Assembly: GCF_001194135.2 (NCBI RefSeq) | Contig: NC_069000.1 | Location: 7,393,559 to 7,457,558 of the forward strand | DNA: 64,000 nucleotides | DNA from: Octopus bimaculoides | Taxonomy: Eukaryota | Direction of reading: 5' to 3' | In this document: piece by piece, positions 1-12,139 of the stretch | Layout: each line of letters starts with the position of its first letter | Position numbering within the stretch: position 1 is the stretch's first letter | Translations under genes and position numbers: made by a program | Notes under the pieces: generated by a model | The model's database searches: none | The model's input: the letters and a program-made list of their open reading frames with translations, nothing else | What the model was told of the DNA's origin: nothing

Positions 1-309
1 TGTAAAATTTTTCAAGTAATTGAAGCTAAGTTTTACTCTGTTACTGCTCATGTTCTTTGAAGTAAAAGACTGATAGACCATTTTCGTTTTCAACAGAATG
101 ACTTCCTGAATGTCATTGGTCAGTCGTAGCTTTGCAGATATCATAGTGATTACTAGTTTAAATACCAAAGCATGGTTGGGAAGCAATTATCTAAATTAAT
201 CAGTAGAATGTGTGTCGTGGCTGGATCAGGTCTGACCAGAGTTTTAGGTTCAAACGGAGACTACTACATCAAACCATAAATATATTTTTGTTTTTGTTTA
301 TTTTTTTAG

Positions 310-475
310 TGTCCATTTGCGAATAGAAGAGAAAATAGTTGTACAAGCTGGGCGTGATGGTGGCTTACAGAATTTGGAAGTGTTTGGTTTAGTGAAGTTA
401 AAGGTTACAGATGAGAAGTTTGGAAAAATCAAAGTTGCCGTTTTGAATAATGATACCAAAGGAATTCAACTTCAG
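310..475 (+). CDS. ARCN1: Coatomer subunit delta (delta-COP), internal exon; upstream exons lie outside the window
   Basis: ttttttag acceptor and cag|gtaaat donor; translates (S)VHLRIEEKIVVQAGRDGGLQNLEVFGLVKLKVTDEKFGKIKVAVLNNDTKGIQLQ, matching the start of the delta-COP mu-homology domain. Confidence 0.97.
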
Positions 476-532
476 GTAAATAGATTTACATTCAACATTA
501 TTGTTATAAATTATTATTATTATTATTATTAA

Positions 533-746
533 CCCTTTAGCATTCAGATTATTCTGTCAAATGTAATATTTATTGATTCTTATTGCTTTGAATTATGTAT
601 TATCTTTTAGTTTTGAGCTTTTGATGATGTGATTGTTTATTTTTAGAATAACATTGTAGGGTAGGTGTGATAGGCTAGATCTGGTCAGTTTGAACAAAAT
701 AGGGAGAATATTTTGACTAAATATGGTCGGTTTAAATGGTAAAGGG
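533..746. mobile_element. Non-autonomous TTAA (piggyBac-type) MITE
   Basis: TTAA|CCCTTTAGCATT ... AATGGTAAAGGG|TTAA, with terminal inverted repeats and an intact TTAA duplication. Confidence 0.8.
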
Positions 747-998
747 TTAAACCCATTTATGCTTTACACATCCACACTTTACAGAAACTGAAATAAATTG
801 GTCAAATCTTTGGGCCAGGTATGGCCAGTTTAAATGCTAAAGGGTTTTTAGTAAGCTGGCAGACTCATTAGAACATCAAGAAAATTACTTACTGGCATTT
901 CCCCTGGCTCTTCTAAGCTCTGAGTTCAACTAGCCCCCCTCCACCAAAATGTCAGGCCTATTATTATTATTGTTATTATTATTATTTTTTTTTTCTGA

Positions 999-1370
999 GG
1001 CAGTAAGCTGGCAGAAACATTTGCCTGCTGGGCAAAATATTTAGTGGTATTTTGTCTGTCTTTATGTTCTGAGATGTGATTCTTATTTTTTATTGCCCAC
1101 AAGGGGCTAAACATAGAAGGGACAAACAAAGGGTTTAAGTCGATTACGTCGACCCCAGTGTGTAACTGGTACTTATTTAATCGACCGCGAAAGGATGAAA
1201 GGCAAAGTCGACCTCGGCGGAATTTGAACTCAGAACGTAACAGCACACGAAATACTGCTAAGCATTTCGCCCGGCGTGTTAACGATTCTGCCAGCTCGCC
1301 GCCTGAGATGTGATTCCACCAAGATCAGCTTTGCTTTTCATCCGTTTAGGAGTCCCTGTAATTAATTATT
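999..1370 (+). mobile_element. Older family A SINE, split by the insertion above
   Basis: Head at 999-1068; body resumes after 1316 (caccaagatcagctttgcttttcatcc). Confidence 0.75.
1083..1302 (-). mobile_element. Young tRNA-headed SINE (family A) with 14-bp target-site duplication
   Basis: Minus-strand A-box/B-box head (ggcgagctggcagaatcg...gagttcaaattcc), CpGs intact, A-rich tail; CTGAGATGTGATTC at 1069-1082 and 1303-1316. Confidence 0.9.
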
Positions 1371-1606
1371 TCCCTCTCTCAAATAGGGTCAACTTTGGCA
1401 ATGTTTCTACTGCTGGATGCCCTTCCTAACACCAAAATTAATAAAAAACATTGTTATTTTTATCTTTTTGACGTCCTTTATCTAAGACAGTACAGTACTA
1501 GCTGGTCCAGTGATAATGTTTACTCCTGTATCATTGTTGTTGTGAAGGGTATCCTTTTCCACTTCCTTTAAATGTCTTTTTTTCTCTCTCTCTCTCTTTC
1601 TTAAAG

Positions 1607-1754
1607 ACCCATCCCAACATTGACAAGAAGTTATTCAGTACTGCATCCTACATTGGTTTAAAAAATGCTGAGAAACCATTTCCTTTACACCAAGATATTG
1701 GAGTCTTAAAATGGCGTTTCCAGACACAAGATGAGGCTCTCATTCCTTTGTCAA
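1607..1754 (+). CDS. ARCN1: delta-COP internal exon
   Basis: Pyrimidine tract + aag acceptor, gtaagt donor; THPNIDKKLFSTASYIGLKNAEKPFPLHQDIGVLKWRFQTQDEALIPLS; phase compatible with both neighbours. Confidence 0.97.
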
Positions 1755-2081
1755 GTAAGTAAGAGCGAGTGCGCGTGCGCGCACACACACACACACACAC
1801 ACACATGTACACGTCAATGACCATAGTAGTAAAGTGAATTAGAAGATTTGGTCATCATCATTCATTTTCCCATGTTTGCATGGGTTGATTGGAACTTGTT
1901 GAGGGAGCTTTTCTATGGATAAGATGGCCTTCCTGTTGCTAACCCTTGCCTTTTTCCAAGTAAAGTGACATTTTACCTCATGGCTGCACATACTTCCCTG
2001 TAAGATTGGAATTAAAAGATACCATATGTATGACTGTGACACTTGTTTACAACAAGCACACAATGTCAAGACAGAAAAACA

Positions 2082-2124
<43 letters not shown>

Positions 2125-2386
2125 TATGATGAGCTCTACTATTGTTTGTCTGTATATGTGTCTCATTGTACAGTAGTTCTACCATTGTCTGTCTGTAGAA
2201 GCATGTCTTGTAGTACTGTCATTTTCCCTTTGTCGGTACATATTTCAAATTTTTACACTGCATAAACCTCATATTTCATGATTATAGTCACAGTTACCTA
2301 CCATACAATGTGTCTTTTATTATGTAGTTATCAAATCCAAAACTGCACACCCCATTACACAAATATATGCACTTTCTGTATTTCAG

Positions 2387-2495
2387 TAAATTGCTGGCCC
2401 TCAGAAACTGGATCTGGCTGTGATGTCAACATAGAATATGAACTGGAACAGCAGAACTTAGAACTAAATGATGTTGTTATAAGCATACCATTGCC
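2387..2495 (+). CDS. ARCN1: delta-COP internal exon
   Basis: tttcag acceptor, gtaagt donor; (I)NCWPSETGSGCDVNIEYELEQQNLELNDVVISIPL(P). Confidence 0.98.
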
Positions 2496-2957
2496 GTAAG
2501 TAACACCTGTCTATACTACACTATTGTAGTATGTAGCACATGCCTATATCATAGCACAACTATAGTGGTTGTCATGCCACTGTCTGTTCAATCAATGTTG
2601 TGTGCAAAAGTATTTCACAACACCACCATTGCTGAACATAAAAATATTTGATTTCACCATGAATTGTGACCATCCTATCTTTTATAGCAGTCTTTTAAAA
2701 GAGAAAGATATGATTTTCAGAAATTTAACTGCAATTTTAGCAGGTCAAGTGACTGTAGAAGCTCACTAGGTTTATATAAGGTGCTACTATTAAGTTATTC
2801 ATAGGTAGGGACCACATTTTAACTGAAACTTATTTAATGCATCTTAGTAAAAAACCTTAAATTGCTGGCATTGTGCCAAAATTTGAAATTATTAGACACA
2901 TCAATACTCATTTCTGGTTGTTGCTATTTTCACTGATACACATTGTTGCTGATATAG

Positions 2958-3162
2958 GTCAGGCGTTGGATCTCCAATTGTTGGCGACTGTGATGGAAAC
3001 TATACATATGAGCGCAGCAGCAACCAGTTGCTATGGAACTTACCACTTATTGATGCTGCAAATAAGTCTGGCAGTATGGAATTCAGCATTGGTGGACATC
3101 CAGAGGATTTCTTCCCTGTCAAAGTGTCTTTTGTCTCCACAAAATCGTACTGTGACATTCAG
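2958..3162 (+). CDS. ARCN1: delta-COP internal exon
   Basis: tag acceptor, gtaagg donor; SGVGSPIVGDCDGNYTYERSSNQLLWNLPLIDAANKSGSMEFSIGGHPEDFFPVKVSFVSTKSYCDIQ. Confidence 0.97.
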
Positions 3163-3254
3163 GTAAGGACAACTGACTGATGCCAGCTTTTTCCAAGATA
3201 AAGCTTTCTGTTTAGACTAGGGAATAGAAACTATGGTCTCTGTATAGAATATAA

Positions 3255-3497
3255 CTGTAGAAGTGTAAATACAGACAATATGTGAGCTGTAGAAGTCTCA
3301 ATAAAGACAATGGGACAAGTAGTAGAAGTCTATATATAGATCACAGGGCAAGCCATGGTGTAATAAGTAGAAACCTAAATATAGTCCTTGGTGTAAGCAG
3401 TAGAAGTTTCAATATAGCCCATGGAGCAAGTATTAGAGATCTAAAGACAGACCATGGTGTAAGCACTAGAAGTCTAAATATAGTCCATGGGGCAAGC
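3255..3497. repeat. Degenerate ~33-bp minisatellite, about 7 units, in the last ARCN1 intron
   Basis: Recurring agtagaagtctaaatatagtccatggtgtaagc-like unit. Confidence 0.85.
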
Positions 3498-3531
3498 ATA
3501 GTCTCTGTATGTATGTATGAATGTAATCGCA

Positions 3532-3906
3532 GGTGTGGCTGTGTGGTAAGAAGCTTGGTTCCCAACCACATGGTTCCAGGTTCAGTCCCACTGCATAGCT
3601 CCTTGGCTAAGTGTCTTCTACTATAGCCTTAGGCCAACCAAAGCCTTGTGAGAGGATCTGGTAGACAGAAACTGTAAGAAACCCGTGGTGTATGTGTGTG
3701 TTTGTGTCTATGCCCCCCCCCCCGACCTCATCGCTTGACAACCATTGTTGTGTTTATGTCCCTGTAACTTAGTGGTTCAGCAAAAGGGATGATAGAATAA
3801 GTACTAGGCTTTAAAAAAATGAGCCCTGGGGTTGATTTCTTTGACTAAATCCCTTTAAGACAGCTCCAGCATGGTCGCAGTCAAATGACTGAAACATGTA
3901 AAAGAA
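3532..3906 (+). mobile_element. tRNA-headed SINE (family B) with an internal microsatellite
   Basis: ggtgtggctgtgtggtaagaagc head, ggttcagtccca B-box-like motif, ttggctaagtgtctt CORE-like motif, tail ...gactgaaacatgtaaaag; many copies in the window. Confidence 0.85.
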
Positions 3907-4266
3907 TATATATATATATATATACACTTGTGTGTGTATGTATGTCTGTGTTTGTTTCCCTACCACCACTTGACAACTGGTGTTTGGGTGTTTACATCCC
4001 CTGTAATTTAGCAGTTCAGCAAAAGAGATTGAAAGAATTAGTACCAGGCTTAAAGAAAAAGTACTGGGGTTGATTCATTCAACTAACATTCTTCAAATGA
4101 CAGGGAATTCCTAATAGTACATAATAGGGCTTATTAAGCACCAAATGGCAATGAGGATCCACCTGCGGAATCAGAGAGGACCATGGGCAAAAAAAGGGGT
4201 TGAGAATCACTGCTCTATATCATGACATGTCACAGCTCTAACTTCTTCCTTGTTTTTTTTTTCTAG

Positions 4267-4353
4267 GTCTCTGAAGTGATCACCACAGATGATGAACCTG
4301 TGAAATATTCTTCTGAAGTCGTATTCTACGTTGATAAATATGAAATTGTGTAA
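4267..4353 (+). CDS. ARCN1: delta-COP terminal coding exon with TAA stop
   Basis: T-tract + ctag acceptor; VSEVITTDDEPVKYSSEVVFYVDKYEIV*, matching the conserved VDKYEI C-terminus. Confidence 0.97.
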   Translation, partial: VSEVITTDDEPVKYSSEVVFYVDKYEIV

Positions 4354-4612
4354 AGGACATCAGCTGCTTGCTTTGATTGGGGTGGGGTTCACTTAAGTCT
4401 CTCTTTCTTTCTCTCTCTCTCTCACATATAGACACACACACACACACACACACATACACATTCTTTCTGTCTCTTCCCTTTTCTCACATACACACAAATG
4501 CACACACACACACACACACCTCACTATCTCTCTGTCTCTTTATATATGCACACACATAACTACATTCATTTATATGTGTGTGTTTAACTATAGATATAAT
4601 TAAGCACATTTA

Positions 4613-4649
<37 letters not shown>

Positions 4650-5210
4650 TTACAGCATGCATGTGTGTATGCTTCTATATATTGAAAGCATGTATGTGCA
4701 TGCACATGTACAAATATATAGACACATATATACATATACATACACAATGATTCAGATAAGATTTTATTGCTACAGAAGATAGAAAATTTTGGTTATTTTG
4801 TTGTTTTTTTAGTCTTGGTAGTGTGTGTGTGTGTGTCTGTCTGTGTGTGTGTGTGTGTGTAGTTTGTGTGAGTGTGTCTGTGTATAGGTATGCAGCTGTT
4901 ACGGTTGAGGCAGAATACTGGTGGTGGTGGTAGTGATGGTGGTGACTGTGCAAGGTGTGTTCAATGAGTTTGTTAATTGATCAACATTCTCAACTTGTGT
5001 TGTCATATCAATAATTGATAAAGAATGTAACAGTTTATTATTATTAATCATTATTATTATTATTATTTTCTCTTGGAAATCTGGGACCGAACATTTCCAC
5101 TTCAAACACTCACCACCATCACCACCACCACACCATAATACTATTACTACTACTATTAATAATAATAATAATAATGATGATGATAATAATATTAATGGCT
5201 ACTGATGCTG

Positions 5211-5216
5211 AATAAA
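5211..5216 (+). terminator. Candidate ARCN1 polyadenylation signal
   Basis: First AATAAA I noticed after the stop (~860 nt downstream), followed by T-rich sequence; no transcript evidence. Confidence 0.35.
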
Positions 5217-5725
5217 TCTTCCTCTGCACTTTCTAACCCTTATTCTTATTTATTTATTATTGCTATTGTCGTTACAATAATTATTAGTCACAAGATTGCA
5301 GATTTGGTAGAGGCATATCATAATAAAATATCCTGTGGTATCTAGTTATATCCCTTCCCATTCTGGGTTCAAATACTACCGCTGATGTCAACATTATATC
5401 AACATTGTCTTCCCTCCTTCCAGGGTCTATAAAATAGAGAACCAGACCACTCCTGGCACTGACATATTTCACTTTGCTAATCTGGCCTTGTGTCGCCAAA
5501 TAGAAAATTATTTTAATTTTTTATTCTTCTTCCCTCCCCTCACTTCATTTTCTTTGTTTATCAGACTTTTTCATATCTTAACTCAACCGGTTTTTCACAA
5601 ATCATATGAACTAGAAGGGAAACAACAACTTAAAAAACTTCTTTTTTATTATTGCCCGTTCCAACATCATTTCACTTTCTCTGTAAGTGTTTCTTTATCT
5701 GGTATATATATATATATATATATAT

Positions 5726-6247
5726 NNNNNNNNNNNNNNNNNNNNNNNNNNNNNNNNNNNNNNNNNNNNNNNNNNNNNNNNNNNNNNNNNNNNNNNNNNN
5801 NNNNNNNNNNNNNNNNNNNNNNNNNNNNNNNNNNNNNNNNNNNNNNNNNNNNNNNNNNNNNNNNNNNNNNNNNNNNNNNNNNNNNNNNNNNNNNNNNNNN
5901 NNNNNNNNNNNNNNNNNNNNNNNNNNNNNNNNNNNNNNNNNNNNNNNNNNNNNNNNNNNNNNNNNNNNNNNNNNNNNNNNNNNNNNNNNNNNNNNNNNNN
6001 NNNNNNNNNNNNNNNNNNNNNNNNNNNNNNNNNNNNNNNNNNNNNNNNNNNNNNNNNNNNNNNNNNNNNNNNNNNNNNNNNNNNNNNNNNNNNNNNNNNN
6101 NNNNNNNNNNNNNNNNNNNNNNNNNNNNNNNNNNNNNNNNNNNNNNNNNNNNNNNNNNNNNNNNNNNNNNNNNNNNNNNNNNNNNNNNNNNNNNNNNNNN
6201 NNNNNNNNNNNNNNNNNNNNNNNNNNNNNNNNNNNNNNNNNNNNNNN
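5726..6247. other. Assembly gap (others: 14585-15288, 16048-16799, 27742-27751, 38022-38104, 54774-54783)
   Basis: N runs, mostly flanked by (TA)n or C runs. Confidence 1.
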
Positions 6248-6455
6248 TATATATATATACACATCACTGTTATCTCTTTGTCATCACATTCTCTTTCTGT
6301 CTCCCTCCTACTCCAATGGAAATAACCTATTCTAACACCACAATATTCAAATGATTTACATCATGTTGTCAATATACACACACACACACACACACACATA
6401 TATTCTCTCTCTCTCAAACGTACACACACACAGGCTTACTTAAACACATACCCTT

Positions 6456-6487
<32 letters not shown>

Positions 6488-7137
6488 AGACTTTATAAAA
6501 CCAAATTCAACAAACAAAACAATAAAGAAATATATAACGTAATCATAAAAAAATTTTAATCCAAAAAAAAAAAAACAATACAAAAACTGGAACTGTGTGA
6601 AATTATTGGTTAAATGGAATTGTGAGATATTTTCCATTATTTCAGGATTTCTTTAGTCTCTTTGCTATTTCTCCAAACCATTTTTTTTTTTTCTTGTTAT
6701 CAGCAGTTCATATATAATTCCTCCCATATTATCTGAAATATAAAGACAAGGACTAGATTCTGAAAACAAACGCCAAAGTTAAAGAAAAATAATAATAAAA
6801 ATATAAATAAATCTTCTTGCTGTTTATTTGTCTTTAATTGATGAGTGAGTCATAAACAAAGAAATCAGTAGAAGAATGGTGAAAATGTCTTATGATATTT
6901 TAAAGTTATGCCCCTTTATGACGCTCGGACCAATAAGGTAAAAGATACCAGTTATACTATTAGATCGAATTAAGTATTGTCTCAGAAAATTTTGATTTTG
7001 TCACTGAAATTTGAAATGGTAGTGTTACCGAGTTACGGCCCTTCATTCTGATTTTGTCTGATATTGTGCAGAAGTTGGTTGACATACAAGTACCACGGTT
7101 ATGTAAGATTCAGCCCGTTAACTACCCCACCCCACTA

Positions 7138-7460
7138 CATCATCATCATCATCATTGTTTAATGTCCGTCTTCCATGCATGCATGGGTAAGACAGATGGC
7201 AGGAGCCGGCCAGGTAGAAAATCTACCTTAGGCTACTGTGTCTGTTTTGACATGATTTTTACAGCTAGCTACCCTTCCAAATGCCAACCATGTTACAGTG
7301 TGGACTGGATGCTTTTAACATGGCACCAACACTGGCAGGGTGACCAAGTAACTCACAAGACAAGGAATTATGAGAGGGGCTGGGCATTTGAGTGGGGGGT
7401 ACTTGTGTTAGAGGATGAAAGGTTAGAGTGTGACAGAGGCAGAAGCAGGTTTCTTGTACT
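7138..7460 (-). mobile_element. RTE-type LINE 3' tail / derived repeat (family C)
   Basis: (CAT)n + tgtttaatgtccgtcttccatgc, the reverse complement of the recurrent ...cggacgttaaacgatgatg tail. Confidence 0.7.
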
Positions 7461-8784
7461 ACGTTAGAATTTTTTTCTATTGTTTCTCCATTTCAGAAAT
7501 CCAAATGTTTGAACTGCTTTGTACCCCTGAATCTTGCCTCTTCACTTTTAATACTGTTGCAAAAGATCCAGACGTCACACTGTCTTAGCTCTCTTAGTGT
7601 CTTCAAATTTTATGTTGTAAATGAGATATAAGGTCTTAACAAAGCGTGTCAATGCACAACTTCACATTATGGAGGTATTTCATTCACTTCAAGCTGCTGA
7701 AATTGTTTCGTCCTGTTCTTTCTCCCTTTTGTGTAGCAGGAAATAGTTTTTCCATTACTGTGATCAGGTTGGTGAATGTCTTACAAAAGAAGTATTTGGC
7801 AAATGTGATCTGTGACCCACTTACCTTGTACAAATTCTTTTTTGATAAGTATGAATATCACAGAATTTCTTTAATCCTTTCTCATAAACCTGAAGCGTTA
7901 AGACTTTAAAAATTCAGTATTTCTTTGTAGGTTGCCACTATTTCCTGTAGGTTATCTCCTGACACACACCACATGTTGTCCTCTGCATACACTACCATAC
8001 GTCCTAAACACATCATACAGTCCTCCATATACATACATTATCATGCATAGCTCTTTCTCTCTTTCTCCACACACACACACACACATATATATAAATAAAC
8101 ATATATATAAACATTTTGTTTAGCTCCAGGCCAGCTGTGACCAAATATATTTCAATCATGACCATCCCATTTTTCTTTGGGGTGGGACATGTGCAATGTG
8201 TCTTTCCTCATATGATGGTATATTGTGACTTGAGGGAGATTTGGCTATTATTTCTAGGAGCTTGAGTGACCCCATAGAAGCTCTGTGATTACTGTTGAAG
8301 GGAGGTAAGTCATGTGAGACTAAAAATCACTAGTTACAGTCATTCCTAACTTTTTCTACTAAGTCTTCACAACTACCTCTATCATTTAGACTGCAACAAT
8401 TGGAAATTCATCCCTATCCTTTATATTTTTTACACGAGTTAGTAAAAACAGTATATTGCACCTTACGCTTTTTCAGGTCACTAAGTTGAATAGGTTACCT
8501 TCATAGTACACACTTGGTCTTGAGACTTGAAACAGCTGCAGTTAGTTAAATAACCTAAATCATACAACAGGAATGATACTTCCACATAGTTTTTTTTCCA
8601 TCGATTATATTTTATTTACAAAGCTTTGATTGGCCTAAGGCTGTGAGAGTACCTGCTCAAATTGTCAGCTTATAATAAACGGACTTACATGGTAGCAGAA
8701 GATAATGTGAGTCTTAGGGGATTCTTATAAGATTTTCTCATGAAAATTCATCTGTAATAAATTTGTTACATTTCTATAACGTGA

Positions 8785-8900
8785 AGGCATGTGGCTTAGT
8801 GGTTAGGGTAGTTGGCTCACAATGGTAAAGTCATGAGTTCGATTCCTGGTGGTGTGTTGTGTCCTTGAGCAAGACACTTTATTTCATGTTGCTCCAGTCT
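8785..8900 (+). mobile_element. tRNA-derived SINE head (family F)
   Basis: gtggcttagtggttagg A-box, gagttcgattcc B-box, gtgtccttgagcaagacact; fuller copy near 51550-51840. Confidence 0.75.
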
Positions 8901-9160
8901 GGGTCCATACCCACTACATTGTCTTTGGTCCATAGAACTTCAGATCATCTACAAATTAAACATGAGAGATATTCCCAGATTCAGGTGGTGACAAATTTTC
9001 TGGCAAGACGGAGCCACCCAGACTAAAATTATAAAAATATCCACTAAATAATAAATGCTTTCTGTCACATAAATACTAATTTGATGCATGGATTCTGTAA
9101 AAGTCTAATATTTTGATGTGTGTGTGTGCACATATATATATATACGAATACATATTATCT

Positions 9161-9457
9161 GTTGTTATATTTCAGGATGGTCATTTTGTCTTTTGCCAAA
9201 TAAACTCCTGCACTATGCCTTTGTTTGTCACTTCAGATTTATTATTGTTCTTTGTCTAAAAATCATCTCACACATCCTCTGACCTCTTCAGCAACTCTCC
9301 ATCCCACAGGTCTCCTGTTCTATTCAGTCCATTCTGATGGAAGATTTTCAGTTAAAAAGAACAATAATAATTCTGAAGTGAAGAACAAATGTCTCGTGCA
9401 TGTGTTTATTAAGCAAAAAAAAAAAAAAAAAAAAAATGAATGTCCAAAATATAACAA
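9161..9457. mobile_element. MITE with long TIRs (ttgttatatt..ggatggtca family)
   Basis: Terminal inverted repeats plus an internal inverted pair cacttcagatttattattgttcttt / aaagaacaataataattctgaagtg. Confidence 0.7.
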
Positions 9458-10016
9458 TATATGTTTCAATCCACGATTTCACATCAGAAATCTTGCAAAA
9501 CAAGTACATAAACATAATATATTATCATCATCATTCTCATTTTAATGTCCACTTGTCTATACTTGCTTGGGTCAGACAGGATTTGTTGAGGAAGGTTTTG
9601 TATGGTTGGATGCCCTTCCTGTCACCAACATTCATTTATTTTCAGTCAAGGCAGTGTCATGGTCAAGTTCCCTCGAAACACATAAAAACATGGATTAAAA
9701 GTTGAAGAGAATATTTTCCTATTTTTGCTTGATTTTACAAAACTTCCTGTTTGTTTGGGTCACCCTATATATATATATATATTCATGTTTATGAATTTGT
9801 TTTGCAAGATTCCTAATGACCATCCCGAAATATAACAATATATATAAGTATTTATATAATAATATATATGTATTATATATATATATATATATATGTACAC
9901 ACATTTATGAATTTGTTTTGCAAGATTCCTGATGACCATCCTGAAATATAACTATATATATAAATATAGATGCATAAATGTATATATATATGTATATATG
10001 TGTATATGTATAAATA

Positions 10017-10055
<39 letters not shown>

Positions 10056-10129
10056 CATCTGGTTCGCCAGTCCTCAGTCAAATCATCCAACCCATGCTAG
10101 CATGGAAGGTGGACGTTAAACGATGATGA

Positions 10130-10200
<71 letters not shown>

Positions 10201-10330
10201 ATCATCATCATCATCATTCAGCATGGAAAACAGATGCCAAATGATGATGATGATATTAATATCTATGTGTGTGTGTATGCGCATGCGTGCGTATGCATGT
10301 ATGTATATACATGGACATGTATATGTATAG

Positions 10331-10538
10331 GCTTGCCTTACTGGCTTCTGTGTCGGTGGCACGTAAAAAGCGCCCACTACCCTCTCGGAGTGGTTGGCAT
10401 TAAGAAGGGCATCCAGCTGTAGAAACAATGCCAGAACAGATTGGAGCCTGGTGCAGCCACTGGCTCTCCAGACCTCAGTCATACCGTCCAACCCATGCCA
10501 GCATGGAAAACAGGCGTTAAACGATGACAATGATGATC
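10331..10538 (+). mobile_element. Family C LINE tail
   Basis: ggcatccagctgtagaaac...ccaacccatgccagcatggaaaacaggcgttaaacgatga. Confidence 0.75.
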
Positions 10539-11545
10539 ATACATTTATGTAGACATATATGTATGTGAATATGTATGCTTTTATCTTTTGCTTGTTCCAG
10601 TCATTAAATCATGGCCATGGTGGAATACTGTCTCGAAGAGTTTAATGCAACAAATCAACTCCAGTATTTATATTTGAAGACTGGTACTTATACAATCAAT
10701 GTCTTTTTGCTGAACTGCCAAGTTATTAGGACAAAAATAAACCAATACCGGATGTCAAGCTGTGGTAGGGGACAAACACATACACAAAGACACACACATT
10801 GATATATACATGGGCTTTTTGTTCTAATCTACCAAATCCACTCACAAAACTTTGGCCAGCATGAGGCAGCAGGGGTGACATGCAGTGGGACTGAACCAGG
10901 GACCGTGTGGTTGGGAAGAAAACTTCTTACTACACAGCCATGCTTGTGCCTATATATATATATATATATATATATGCTATCCAGCTGTAGAAACATTGCC
11001 ACATCGGGTTGGGGTCTGGTGCAGCCCTCAGTGAAACCGTCCAACCCATGCCAGCATGGAAAGCAGATGTTAAATGATGATACACATACACACACATATG
11101 TATATGTATGTATGCATACATATATATGTATAGATGCATATATATACATGTATATATACATACATTTATATATACACACACACATACAAATGTTTATATA
11201 TGTGTATATATATACATATATACATATATATTTGTGTGTGTATGCACACACACACACACACATGTATGTATATTCTGCAATTACTGTTGCCACTTCTGAT
11301 GATAAAGAGGAGGAGTGTGGATGCCACTGAAGAAACAATCTAAGTTGACCTGATTCCACTCACTAACTCCTCCACCTTCTCCTCTTCCCCCTCCAACCAC
11401 CACCATCACTGTCACTGCCACCCCTACCACCCTTCCCTTACTAAACCCCATCCCCACCTCCACCTCCAGCCCTAGTCAGCTCCACCACTTGAGGTTCTGT
11501 CATTACATCAGCAACAATTATTTGGAGGTTTGGCTAAATTTCTCC

Positions 11546-11581
<36 letters not shown>

Positions 11582-12139
11582 TCTCTCTTCATTCCTCTCT
11601 CTCTCTGTCACCCTCTCTTCCCTTCTGCATCATAGCCGCCATCACCTCCGCCACCATCTAAACATTCATAGCAGAGAAAAAAAAAGTATGACGTCCCCCC
11701 CCCTCCGTGTGTGTGTGTGTGTGTGTGTGATGAACATCCTGTAGAGTGTACACAGCTGTAGGATGGTATGTCAACACTGAATGCTGGAGACAATCCTGTA
11801 GAGTTTGTAGGATTGTTCTAAGGTGGGGGCCACAGTCAACGAACAGTGACAAGTGGTCCCTGGGTGGTGGTGGTGGTGGTGGTGATAGTGATATAGGCCT
11901 TATGATCAGAACTGACTTCCTGTTAACCCTTACAGTCCCACGGGAGAGGGGCGGTCTCGTATGTGGGAGGTGATACTCAACCCATGACATGTGGGTGTAC
12001 ACATTCACGTGCGCGCACACACTCACACACACAGATACACTTCCTGTTTCCCCAGTTCCACAGGGTTAACATGAGCCTCTGAGATGACCCTGCACCCTGT
12101 TGTCATTTGGTTACCCTCTCACCCCTCATTCCATCTGCA

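Noticed and set aside
8785-8860. tRNA-like A/B boxes (many similar sites in the window)
   Set aside because: No cloverleaf; each continues into a repeated SINE body, so they are SINE heads rather than tRNA genes.
8910-9030. Minus-strand SHV*FVDDLKFYG resembling an RT YxDD motif
   Set aside because: A single short motif with stops and no flanking RT motifs; likely chance or too decayed to call.
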